Source of the DNA: a phage
Sequence record: PZ445527.1
DNA length: 64,000 nt
Reading direction: 5' to 3' (one strand)
Below, one piece after another: positions 21,977 through 30,174 of the stretch (position 1 is the stretch's first letter; every line of letters begins with the position of its first letter). The translations under genes and the position numbers were made by a program. The notes beneath the pieces are model-generated. The model made no database searches. It was not told the origin of the DNA and saw only the letters and a program-made list of their open reading frames with translations.

Positions 21977-22626
21977 TTTAAGTATTTTTAAGAACTCTCG
22001 TAAAAACTCTTAAAAATACAGACGATACCGGGAGAGTCATAAGTCTCACTCATTAAGTATTTCAAGACAAAATACAGTAACGTCTATTATTTTCCAGTTT
22101 AAGTCAGGGTGACTTAGTGGTTATGTCCTGCGGTATATTGAGGACTCGGTTAGGCTTGGGGTCATGACTTCCCGCCTTTTGCTGCTACTCAACAGGAGTT
22201 ATCGCGAATTACCTGTGCTATTGTGCACCATTAGTGACATCTCTCATGCCAGCATTTCCCACTTTGTGGATAGCTTGAAAAACTACTCCGATACGGAGAA
22301 AGAACTTCACTATCCTAGAATACCTTCTAAAGTTCTTCTTTAGCCTGGACATAGTTAAATCGTAATAAAACTATTCAGCAGACCGGTTGGTTAGTCTGGA
22401 ACCAACTACCGCGTGGTTTAGGCAGTGCGCAACTAACCTCGGAAGCTTTTACGTTAAAAGCACCAGTTATCCAGTTCTTACCGACCGTAGGATTCGAACC
22501 TACATCTTCCACCAGTTACGGCTTGATAATACCAATTATACTAGGACGGCAGTGTTACTACATAAGTGATTTCCACACCCCACTATTTATAAATTAGAAA
22601 AGAATTACTCTCTAATTTATGAATAT

Positions 22627-22655
22627 ATTATACAGAATTTATAAGCATTTAGCAA
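22627..22655 (-). promoter_or_regulatory. T5-type early promoter (TTGCTA-17-TATAAT) driving a 640-nt non-coding transcript and tRNA-Arg
   Basis: Hexamers read directly. The leader has GAGAG but no ORF follows. Confidence 0.75.
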
Positions 22656-22663
22656 ATGAATTT

Positions 22664-23098
22664 TTAGAAAAACTCGCTAGCAATCAAGGCGGCTGTTTTA
22701 CCATCATAACGCCCTGTAAACTCTGCCTTAATAGTTTTCATTAAGAGAGCTTTGGTAATACCTGGGTTTAGCTTAACCAATTCTGCAAAGTATTTACGAA
22801 TTTCAGTTTCAGTTAACTGTTGCAGTGCATAATCATGCTCTAAACGCGCTAAAAGATCTAAGTATTCAGCATCAGGGGTATAGTCAACATTCGATTTTTC
22901 AGCAGCAATCCGTGTATTCTCAATTGCTTTGAATTGTGATTTCAACCAGTTAGTAAACTCCAGCTCAGTTACGCAATCTTTATCAATACGTTGCAGGTCT
23001 CCTAGAACCGTACTTAGATGCTTAACTGATACAGCGTCACCACTTTTGCGAGCAGCTTCAATCAACTCTCGCAGTACATAAAGCATATTCATGCCCAT
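22664..23098 (-). CDS. hypothetical protein (144 aa)
   Basis: TAATG junction with the upstream small ORF. Confidence 0.55.
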   Translation of the reverse strand: MGMNMLYVLRELIEAARKSGDAVSVKHLSTVLGDLQRIDKDCVTELEFTNWLKSQFKAIENTRIAAEKSNVDYTPDAEYLDLLARLEHDYALQQLTETEIRKYFAELVKLNPGITKALLMKTIKAEFTGRYDGKTAALIASEFF

Positions 23099-23268
23099 TA
23101 TTTCATCCCCAATGCTTGGTTGAAAGATTGTTCCGTCATAACTGCTGAGACTTTGGCGAAATCAAACTTTTTAGGGTTAGTAGTGATCTCAGCAACGTTG
23201 GAAGTTTTAACAGTTTTCGTAGTACGAATACCGCGAGTGTTAACACCAATGACGATCAAGTTTTTCAT
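23098..23268 (-). CDS. hypothetical small protein (56 aa, not in the ORF track)
   Basis: First ATG after promoter 23300..23328 and RBS GAGAGGAAG (MKNLIVIGVNTRGIRTT...). The plus-strand ORF 23120..23332 is its shadow. Confidence 0.55.
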   Translation of the reverse strand: MKNLIVIGVNTRGIRTTKTVKTSNVAEITTNPKKFDFAKVSAVMTEQSFNQALGMK

Positions 23269-23299
23269 ATTTCGCTTCCTCTCATTAATTTATGAAAGT

Positions 23300-23328
23300 A
23301 TTATACAGAAGTTTAAGTATTTAAGCAA
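23300..23328 (-). promoter_or_regulatory. T5-type early promoter (TTGCTT-17-TATAAT)
   Basis: Hexamers and spacer read directly. Confidence 0.75.
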
Positions 23329-23336
23329 ATAAATTT

Positions 23337-23786
23337 TTAAGTTTTAGTGACAACAGGCTTATAAAATGTATGTCCCTTAATCTTAGTTGTTTTCTTAAAC
23401 TTCTTTGTCCAGTACGGTTTATCTTTACCACTATGGAAGTATAAAGCTCCATGTGTAGGATCTTGTGGTAAATCAACGTAGTATATCACTCTAGCTAAAT
23501 TCTTGGCGGTTTTCCAAGCCTCATCGGTTTTATCAACTTTTGGTCTCTTAGATACCCAAGAGAACTGGTTAGACTGATATACTACTTTACAGTAGGAATC
23601 TGGGAATTTACCGGAGTTTACACGGTTTTTAGTAACATGTGCAATCGCCGTCATTCCCTTTATGCCCTCACCACGACTTTCGAAATAGATATTTTTAGCA
23701 ATGCAATCTATTTCTTTTGCATCGTGCGATGCCTGACTACTAAAGCTGAAGGTAAGGGCAGCTACTAAAAGCAAAGCTGCCTTCAT
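23337..23786 (-). CDS. SleB/CwlJ-type cell-wall hydrolase with signal peptide (149 aa)
   Basis: Signal peptide MKAALLLVAALTFSFSSQA, then a Hydrolase_2-like block CIAKNIYFESRGE...AIAHVTKNRV...VVYQSNQFSW. Confidence 0.75.
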   Translation of the reverse strand: MKAALLLVAALTFSFSSQASHDAKEIDCIAKNIYFESRGEGIKGMTAIAHVTKNRVNSGKFPDSYCKVVYQSNQFSWVSKRPKVDKTDEAWKTAKNLARVIYYVDLPQDPTHGALYFHSGKDKPYWTKKFKKTTKIKGHTFYKPVVTKT

Positions 23787-23798
23787 TCTTTTTACTCC

Positions 23799-24620
23799 TT
23801 AAAATAGATCATATTCTAATCTATTGGGATTTTCTCGGTATCCATAAGACGTAAGAGTACCCCTCATATACTCTGCGTCAACAGGATTAGATGTTACTAG
23901 AACCACTTTTAGTGGTCTTTGACCTAAAAATAGTATATGATCTAATAAGTCTTTTCCTTGTACCTCTGGATCTCCTAAATCTGAGTCCATAAATAAATAG
24001 GATCCTGTGAAACTAAATATATCTGATAGTTCCAGCGCACCTATAACTGTACGACAAATAATGGACATTTCAGGTAGATCTCTAACATCGTCTATTAGAA
24101 TATTGGTCTGCTTCCCAATTTCTGCATTACATAAACCATTTACTAGTTTTTCTCTTTCCCCTTTAGCTTGTTCGAAAGTGGTGAAGCCAGGAGATACGAA
24201 AAACTTTCCACCTAATGTAATGCTATACACAAAACCCTCTGGGAGTAGTTCTACACCTACGGTTTTATTAGTATTAATCCTATTTAACTTAAAATTTGTC
24301 TCTCTTAGATTAATAATTCTGTTATCCCACGGTATAGTATTTATATGGTCGATCATATAAGGCGGCTCTTCACCATAATGGAGCAACCACGCTATTCGGT
24401 GTCCATAAATAATTGTGGGTTTATTATCTAAGAGCAAACTAACTCTGATGTACCCATCAGAGTTCTTACTACATATTTCTCTCCCAGCATATAGGGTGTG
24501 CCAAGTTTTATTCTTGTATTTATTAGGCTTATAAAATAATTTACCGGTATAAGGATTATACTCTATAATTTCTCGAATATAATCTATATATGGTAGTATT
24601 TGTTTTTGTAATTTACCCAT
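23799..24620 (-). CDS. HNH homing endonuclease fused to a receiver-like C-terminal domain (273 aa)
   Basis: The N-terminal half has an HNH_3-type motif (IDHINTIPWDNRIINLR). The C-terminal 90 aa has a DxDLG-type block (LFMDSDLGDPEVQGKDLL). Confidence 0.65.
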   Translation of the reverse strand: MGKLQKQILPYIDYIREIIEYNPYTGKLFYKPNKYKNKTWHTLYAGREICSKNSDGYIRVSLLLDNKPTIIYGHRIAWLLHYGEEPPYMIDHINTIPWDNRIINLRETNFKLNRINTNKTVGVELLPEGFVYSITLGGKFFVSPGFTTFEQAKGEREKLVNGLCNAEIGKQTNILIDDVRDLPEMSIICRTVIGALELSDIFSFTGSYLFMDSDLGDPEVQGKDLLDHILFLGQRPLKVVLVTSNPVDAEYMRGTLTSYGYRENPNRLEYDLF

Positions 24621-24650
24621 AATAGCCTCGTTTCATCAATTTAAAAATAT

Positions 24651-24679
24651 ATTATACAGATAACTTAGTAAATTAGCAA
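24651..24679 (-). promoter_or_regulatory. T5-type early promoter (TTGCTA-17-TATAAT)
   Basis: Hexamers and spacer read directly. Confidence 0.75.
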
Positions 24680-25062
24680 ATACATTTTTAAATTGTGAAA
24701 CTAGTAAACCGATAAACAGCCTAGAGGCGCCACAGGCCATATCTTACGAGCCATGTACCTTTGATCTAGGGTTTGAATCATCAACGAATACTTTGCATCT
24801 TTTAGCTTTAGAAGTTTAGAAGTTTGAGTTCTTTAAACTTTTCAGCTTTCATACTTAAATGTTGATCTTTGAAGTTGTGTCGGTAATATCAACGACGCTT
24901 TGTTTTTACGTGTCAGATTAAGTGTCTGATGTAATAAACATAATCTCCAATAGATTATACTTTATAGTATGGTCAGCGGTCTTATTTAACCTCGTATTTC
25001 AACCGCTGCTGCGAGGTAAGATGCTTGGGCTTTCGTCTACCGATTTACTAGCTTTTAAATTA

Positions 25063-25701
25063 TTACTCTACTTCAATGAAGGTAGAGGCGTTAGACTCGG
25101 ACAGAACAAAGTCAACATTTGTTGCAAAGTCCTGATATTCCTCGTCATGCTGTTTAATCAGCTTCTCCAGCTCCAGCGGATCAATCAAGAATGGAGTATT
25201 CTTGAGTTCCAACAGGTTGAGCTGCATTTTAACTTCATCTTCGGAAGTTTTCTTATCGCGGGTAGCCATGCTATCCTGCAAACGCTCATATTTAGCATCA
25301 AACTGTGCTTTCTGCGTATTAAACTTAACTGTAGCGGCATGGAACTGCTTACGCATGTTAGCCAGCAGCTGAGCTTTAAGCTCCATAGAACGCTTAGCTT
25401 CAATTGCTTCCGCAACAGTCATCTTACGAGAGCCAATCTCAACGATTGTTTCCGCATTGCTTTTAATCAGAGCAGCTTTGATACGATCACGCTGGGACAT
25501 CATATCCAGCAGAGACTGGAAATCAGTCTTAATACGGGTAGACAGATCAGCTACTTCGATTGCAGCGCCAACTACAACCTGGTTTTTATCCTTACCTTCA
25601 CCAACAGCGATCAGAAGCTGTTGTTCAGTAGCTTTACGGATTTTAGCTTCCAGAGATTTGATGGTTGCCAGAGCACGAGTTTTAGAAATACGAGTAGTCA
25701 T
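25063..25701 (-). CDS. hypothetical coiled-coil protein (212 aa), codon-optimised
   Basis: The minus-strand ORF is preferred over the 270-aa plus-strand shadow ORF because its composition is protein-like and its codon use is biased. Confidence 0.65.
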   Translation of the reverse strand: MTTRISKTRALATIKSLEAKIRKATEQQLLIAVGEGKDKNQVVVGAAIEVADLSTRIKTDFQSLLDMMSQRDRIKAALIKSNAETIVEIGSRKMTVAEAIEAKRSMELKAQLLANMRKQFHAATVKFNTQKAQFDAKYERLQDSMATRDKKTSEDEVKMQLNLLELKNTPFLIDPLELEKLIKQHDEEYQDFATNVDFVLSESNASTFIEVE

Positions 25702-25754
25702 TATTTGCTTCCTTATATGAAGTTTGAGATTTGAATTTGTTTAAAGTTGGTCTA

Positions 25755-25937
25755 TTACAGACCAATTGCCAGCAGAGTGCGTAGAACAGTATCGTTACTG
25801 TTATCAATTTTAGGATTAGCACGATTTAGCAGATCAAAGATCTTCTGGACACCTGATTGACGTTCAGCCATACGACGGCTACCCAGATTACGAGTAGCTT
25901 TCTTACCATTTTTACGAACATTTTTAGATACTGGCAT
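25755..25937 (-). CDS. small basic protein (60 aa)
   Basis: First ORF after promoter 25978..26007, with RBS AAAGGAAAA. Confidence 0.55.
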   Translation of the reverse strand: MPVSKNVRKNGKKATRNLGSRRMAERQSGVQKIFDLLNRANPKIDNSNDTVLRTLLAIGL

Positions 25938-25977
25938 ATTTGTTTTCCTTTTATTGTTCTCTCAAATTTATGAATAT

Positions 25978-26007
25978 ATTATACAGAATTTTGGGGGCCG
26001 GAAGCAA
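25978..26007 (-). promoter_or_regulatory. T5-type early promoter (TTGCTT-18-TATAAT)
   Basis: Hexamers read directly; 18-nt spacer. Confidence 0.7.
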
Positions 26008-26008
26008 A

Positions 26009-26710
26009 TCAAATTTTCATTTTTTCGATCATAGCTGCAACACAATAGCTCTCAACTAAGGCATCGAATGCTGGGTCATGTTTAACTGGGTAGATCCCAT
26101 AACGAATGGTGTCCATCTTCTCCATTTTAGCTTTTGCCCAGCTAATCCCCTCTGCTTCTAGGTCTTTGTAGTTATAACCAGCCTGCATCCAGAGATTGCG
26201 GAGAGATCGAACATTACCCAAGTTCCAGAATTTCCACGGAACTATTTCTTCATTGGTTCCAGCATGGAAAGTGTTTGCAGAGTAGATAGTCATATCAAAC
26301 TCTGGGCCGTTGCCATAATACAAAGCATTCTCTCCTAGAGCCAACTCCATAATATTTTGAGCCATAGAGTAAGCAGCATAGTTAGAGCCGAGTTTATTAG
26401 TACAATGATGTTTACCGTTTTGGAATGCAATCAGCTTTGGATTACGTTCGTTCATAGCTTCCATAATGTGGAGAGCAGACGGACTATTTTTAGCTTGATC
26501 CATCCAGAATGCTAGAGTAGATGCTGTAACTTTAGCACCAGAATTAAACTGATCTTGCACATCCAAAGTAACAAATACTAGATCAGGATCTTTATCAATT
26601 CCGTGCATAGCCACAAAAGCGAAAGAAGGCATTGCGATATGAGTAGTACCACAATCTCCTGGAGTTCCTAGAGATTCAATATCTAGCATACCAAATGGTT
26701 TTACTTTCAT
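26009..26710 (-). CDS. DEDDh-type 3'-5' exonuclease (233 aa)
   Basis: Exo I motif MLDIESLG and a C-terminal H-x4-D (KHDPAFDAL), consistent with the DnaQ-like fold. Confidence 0.6.
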   Translation of the reverse strand: MKVKPFGMLDIESLGTPGDCGTTHIAMPSFAFVAMHGIDKDPDLVFVTLDVQDQFNSGAKVTASTLAFWMDQAKNSPSALHIMEAMNERNPKLIAFQNGKHHCTNKLGSNYAAYSMAQNIMELALGENALYYGNGPEFDMTIYSANTFHAGTNEEIVPWKFWNLGNVRSLRNLWMQAGYNYKDLEAEGISWAKAKMEKMDTIRYGIYPVKHDPAFDALVESYCVAAMIEKMKI

Positions 26711-26738
26711 AACTTATCCTTTATTGTGTAGAAAACTA

Positions 26739-26960
26739 TTAAAGAGCTGTCTCTTTAATAGACTCCCACTTCTTGGGGTCTTTAAAACCAGGAAGCATAC
26801 CCTCACTGACATCCCAGTTCTCCTCCACATAGAGGTCCTCTAAGTCTAACTCATCTACTGCTAGATCCATTACCTCATGACTAGAAAGTCGTGTATAATC
26901 CCTAGCTGACTTATGGGTACTAGCACGGTTAAAATCATTCTTTGCTACAAAATTACGCAT
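26739..26960 (-). CDS. hypothetical acidic protein (73 aa)
   Basis: Minus-strand ORF after terminator 26970..26993. Confidence 0.5.
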   Translation of the reverse strand: MRNFVAKNDFNRASTHKSARDYTRLSSHEVMDLAVDELDLEDLYVEENWDVSEGMLPGFKDPKKWESIKETAL

Positions 26961-26969
26961 AGTTTCTCC

Positions 26970-26993
26970 AAATAAGAGGGGCTTTCGCCCCCT
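26970..26993 (-). terminator. rho-independent terminator
   Basis: AGGGGC-GAAA-GCCCCT stem followed by CTTATTTGG on the minus strand. Confidence 0.6.
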
Positions 26994-27001
26994 GATTTAA
27001 A

Positions 27002-27217
27002 TCACTTGCCCAGCAGTTTAAGGATATTTTCCATAATAGTTTGGGCAGATTTTTCACTCTTGTTGGTTTCAGCCAACTTTAAAGCGAGTTCTTCCTGCTG
27101 TTTCTGAATATCCGCAGCAATTTTTTGATCAGCCTCAATACGAGCTTGAAGCTCATCAGTGATAGTGGTAAAGGAAGCAACGATTTCAGTAACAGAACGT
27201 GGTTTCTTAGAGAACAT
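27002..27217 (-). CDS. hypothetical coiled-coil protein (71 aa)
   Basis: Minus-strand ORF with helical heptad composition. Confidence 0.5.
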   Translation of the reverse strand: MFSKKPRSVTEIVASFTTITDELQARIEADQKIAADIQKQQEELALKLAETNKSEKSAQTIMENILKLLGK

Positions 27218-27280
27218 AAAAATATCCTTGATTAGTTAGAGAATTAGTAGATTCTAGGGGCAGAAGCCCCTATTTATCTA

Positions 27281-27796
27281 TTACTTCGCTTTACGTTTAC
27301 GAGCTGGTTTAGCAGATTTACGAGCAGAATCACCCGTGAACTTAATGCCTACACCGTAACACAGAGCACGAACATTATCTTTACTATACTCTACGCCAAA
27401 GATATTTGGCTTAACAGAACCAAACTGTCCACGAGTATCACGCAATACATCTGCCGTTGGTTTGCGTTTCTGGTTAACTGCTTTCTCGTAATCTTTCATG
27501 GCCATGCCATTACGAGGGAACAATTCTGCTCCAGCATTGAAACTCAGTGCTACGGGAACAGATTTGTGACCGTAACCCTGTACATAGGTCACAAGGCGGG
27601 TTACAGAACGAGTAGCATTCTTAGCCTTCGGCTTTTGACGAATCGGAGCCGGACGATTCAGTGCCTGTGCAGCTTGAGCATCAGTAGGGTGCTTGCGCAG
27701 GTGGCGTTCCAGACGAGCTTTGCGGTTAGCCTCAGTCTGAGGGAAAGTTTTAACTGTAGTAGCTGCTTGAGTTTTTGCGTTTTTCTGCTTAGCCAT
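27281..27796 (-). CDS. highly basic putative nucleic-acid-binding protein (171 aa)
   Basis: First ORF after promoter 27835..27863. Lys/Arg-rich termini and optimised codon use. Confidence 0.6.
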   Translation of the reverse strand: MAKQKNAKTQAATTVKTFPQTEANRKARLERHLRKHPTDAQAAQALNRPAPIRQKPKAKNATRSVTRLVTYVQGYGHKSVPVALSFNAGAELFPRNGMAMKDYEKAVNQKRKPTADVLRDTRGQFGSVKPNIFGVEYSKDNVRALCYGVGIKFTGDSARKSAKPARKRKAK

Positions 27797-27834
27797 TATT
27801 TGTTTTCCTTTTTGTTTATCAATTTATGAAGTAT

Positions 27835-27863
27835 ATTATACGGTAATTTGAAGCGTTTAGCAA
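27835..27863 (-). promoter_or_regulatory. T5-type early promoter (TTGCTA-17-TATAAT)
   Basis: Hexamers and spacer read directly. Confidence 0.75.
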
Positions 27864-27871
27864 ATGAATTT

Positions 27872-28321
27872 TTAATTTATTAACTGTAAGCTTCTTTTAA
27901 TTTCAGACCTTACCTGCATCAAAAGAACTCCTAAAGTATTGTCCCCGATGCCTCGGCAAACACCCCAATATGTATCTCCCCAGGTATTTCCTTCGATCAA
28001 AGTTGCATTTTTTGTTGCTAACAGTTTGTCCCTCAAATCAGGGATTGCAAACTTTAACCGTAAAAGCTCTAGCATTACGTCATCTTTTACCTTATCCCAG
28101 TCAGAGCGCAGAGTTAATTTACGTCCCCTACGTTTGGCAACTCCTGCATTTAGGGAGCGCAGTACATGAGCTACATCATCTTTTTGGTCGGATTTCATAG
28201 CCTGAAAAGCATGTTCTACAGTATCAGCATGCCATATCTCATTTAGATATTCGAAAGTAATTGGTGATAAATAAAAGTTAGATAAAAAACTATAAGTACC
28301 TTTAAATTCAGTAATCTTCAT
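27872..28321 (-). CDS. NADAR (YbiA/DUF1768) domain protein (149 aa)
   Basis: Family hallmarks YSFLSNFYLSP...VEHAFQAMK...GNTWGDTYWGV. Confidence 0.75.
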   Translation of the reverse strand: MKITEFKGTYSFLSNFYLSPITFEYLNEIWHADTVEHAFQAMKSDQKDDVAHVLRSLNAGVAKRRGRKLTLRSDWDKVKDDVMLELLRLKFAIPDLRDKLLATKNATLIEGNTWGDTYWGVCRGIGDNTLGVLLMQVRSEIKRSLQLIN

Positions 28322-28602
28322 TTTTTACGCCCCGCATCTTTAGCCTCCTCGGCTGTATAGATATACTGATAAGCCCCTTTGGAGTAGGCTGGAGCAGTAC
28401 ACATTTTCTTACGCTCAATCTCTTCTTGAGCTTTTCTTTCGCGTTCAGCTAATTCTTCATCCAGATAAACTAAACGTTGTTCTGGAGGAGGTGGAAGACG
28501 TGTTTCTGGCTCACCAATATTAGCCTTTCTTATTTGACGAGGTGATTGTGCACGTTTTCTCAACGGTTTAAATCCTAATGAATTTGAGTTATAAATTCGC
28601 AT
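28318..28602 (-). CDS. hypothetical basic protein (94 aa)
   Basis: First ORF after promoter 28630..28658, with RBS GAGGAGGG. Confidence 0.55.
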   Translation of the reverse strand: MRIYNSNSLGFKPLRKRAQSPRQIRKANIGEPETRLPPPPEQRLVYLDEELAERERKAQEEIERKKMCTAPAYSKGAYQYIYTAEEAKDAGRKK

Positions 28603-28629
28603 AAAGCCCTCCTCACTTTCAATACGAAT

Positions 28630-28658
28630 ATTATACTAAATTAGAGGGCTTTAAGCAA
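28630..28658 (-). promoter_or_regulatory. T5-type early promoter (TTGCTT-17-TATAAT)
   Basis: Hexamers and spacer read directly. Confidence 0.75.
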
Positions 28659-28678
28659 GAAGATTTTTAATTTATTTA

Positions 28679-29155
28679 TCACATCTCGGCAAGTTCTTGC
28701 TCAGTAATAACAGTATTACATAATGCGTCAACTTCTTCATTACCTCTAATACCTGAGTGCCCTTTAACCTTAATAAAGGTAGGGTTAGTATTATGAAAAT
28801 TAATATACTGTTGGGTTAGTTTAAATGCTTCTTGCCATAGTTCTAAATTGAGAGGAGCTTCACCATCTCCCTTCTTCCAGCCTTTCTTCTGCCAAGACCA
28901 CATCCAGCTTTCCATACCATTTTTACAGTATGCAGAATCAGTGTAGATTATAACTGGACGTTTATCATTCTTAGTAGCCCAGCGCAGAACTTCAACAATA
29001 GCTGTAAGTTCCATTTCATTGTTTGTGGTTTTTGGACTGAAACCCGACTTAGAACCCAAACGTTCGTCATTAGGATCATAAACTACGAAACCCCAAGCAC
29101 CTAAACCAGGATTACCTTTACAAGCCCCATCTGTATATATATGAAATGTACTCAT
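28679..29155 (-). CDS. rnh: ribonuclease H (RNase HI type, 158 aa)
   Basis: RNase HI motifs IYTDGACKGNPGLGAWG, NNEMEL, YTDS and a C-terminal GN..D. Confidence 0.85.
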   Translation of the reverse strand: MSTFHIYTDGACKGNPGLGAWGFVVYDPNDERLGSKSGFSPKTTNNEMELTAIVEVLRWATKNDKRPVIIYTDSAYCKNGMESWMWSWQKKGWKKGDGEAPLNLELWQEAFKLTQQYINFHNTNPTFIKVKGHSGIRGNEEVDALCNTVITEQELAEM

Positions 29156-29694
29156 TTATTAAGTTCCTCTAAAATAGGGGGTGGTTTTGTGGAATCAAAA
29201 GTTTCTATAACAGCGTTTTTACCGTGTAACTGTAGACGAAGTTCATTGGCACATTGAATGGCGGATTCTAGGTCTTTGTACTCAAAATAACCACCATATA
29301 CTGACTTTTTATCGGAGTCTCTAACATGTACTTGCCATTTCTGATTTTGCCTATTCCAGCTAATTCCTAGATAACCAGATTTACTTCTAGTGGTTTTATT
29401 TCTCTGATTCTCTTGGTAATTAGATTTCCTGAGATTAATCCATCTATTATCATCTCGTATGCGGTTTATGTGGTCTACCATTTCCGGTAGATAGCCTTCC
29501 ATATAGAGAAATGCTAGCTGATGCGCATAATATGGATTTTTATCCACGGATATAGTTATATATCCGTCTTTTCTTAGATGACCAGCAATACTTCCTATTT
29601 TTCCGTTTCTACCCCTGACTCCCGTCCTTCTAGTAAATATTCCGGTATCGGGGTTATAATCGAATAGTTCTTTTAATCTTTCTTGTGTGATCAT
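29152..29694 (-). CDS. HNH homing endonuclease (MITQERLKEL family, copy 2)
   Basis: Same N-terminus, HNH motif (VDHINRIRDDNRWINLR) and C-terminal ...EELNK as copies 1 and 3. ATGA overlaps on both sides. Confidence 0.8.
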   Translation of the reverse strand: MITQERLKELFDYNPDTGIFTRRTGVRGRNGKIGSIAGHLRKDGYITISVDKNPYYAHQLAFLYMEGYLPEMVDHINRIRDDNRWINLRKSNYQENQRNKTTRSKSGYLGISWNRQNQKWQVHVRDSDKKSVYGGYFEYKDLESAIQCANELRLQLHGKNAVIETFDSTKPPPILEELNK

Positions 29695-30074
29695 TCATCT
29701 AACCATCCTATGTCTATACTAAGTAATGCTTTTATTCCTGTAATACCTGTACCATAGGTATTATATCGAATAGCACTTCTGCTCTTTACTTCAAGTATAT
29801 TTTCATACTCTGTATTTTCTAGAATTTCTGTAGATATACCTAAATATCCTGATTGATCTTCCTCGTCCCAACCCATATCTTCTAGAAGATTTAGACGTAA
29901 TTCTACCTTCTCATCTCCATTGCCTACAGAGTAGTAGTCTTCTAAAGTCCTGAATTTAGAAGTGATAGAGTCTAGTATTAATAATATCTGTTCCTTAGTA
30001 ATAGTTTCTTTATCACCCTGTAAGTAATTGGAGTAATTCAGAAGGGCTTGTTCTAATTCAATTTCTTTACTCAT
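29691..30074 (-). CDS. hypothetical acidic protein (127 aa)
   Basis: First ORF after promoter 30116..30145. Confidence 0.55.
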   Translation of the reverse strand: MSKEIELEQALLNYSNYLQGDKETITKEQILLILDSITSKFRTLEDYYSVGNGDEKVELRLNLLEDMGWDEEDQSGYLGISTEILENTEYENILEVKSRSAIRYNTYGTGITGIKALLSIDIGWLDE

Positions 30075-30115
30075 TTTATTATCCTTTTGTACTTATTGAG
30101 TATATTATATTTAAA

Positions 30116-30145
30116 ATTATACCTAATAAGCAGGTACAATTTCAA
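30116..30145 (-). promoter_or_regulatory. sigma70 promoter (TTGAAA-18-TATAAT)
   Basis: Hexamers read directly; 18-nt spacer. Confidence 0.55.
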
Positions 30146-30149
30146 ATAT

Positions 30150-30170
30150 AATAGCCCCGAAAGGGCTATT
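30150..30170 (-). terminator. rho-independent terminator after thyA
   Basis: TAGCCC-TTTC-GGGGCTA stem followed by TTATATTT on the minus strand. Confidence 0.6.
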
Positions 30171-30174
30171 TGAG

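Noticed and set aside
22479-22550. tRNA-like unit with a canonical T arm (GTAGG-TTCGAAT-CCTAC) and a 6/7 acceptor stem
   Set aside because: No anticodon stem can be formed (AAGCC..GTGGA), so no anticodon can be assigned. It is treated as a pseudo-tRNA within the long non-coding transcript.
14600-22600. Search for a suppressor tRNA (UUA, CUA or UCA anticodon) that could read the in-frame TAA at 19117..19119
   Set aside because: None of the cloverleafs I could fold carries a nonsense anticodon, so the readthrough-by-phage-tRNA idea is unsupported.
24922-25734. 270-aa plus-strand ORF, the longest ORF call in this area
   Set aside because: It is antisense to the codon-optimised 212-aa minus-strand gene. 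Its sequence is low in complexity and rich in Leu/Phe/Ser, it has no RBS or promoter, and every neighbouring gene is on the minus strand. It is a shadow ORF.
27255-27272. TAGGGGC-AGAA-GCCCCTA hairpin after the basic-protein gene as a minus-strand terminator
   Set aside because: The stem is good, but no U-tract follows on the minus strand; the T-run is on the plus strand. It was not called as a terminator and may be a bidirectional or RNA-stability element.
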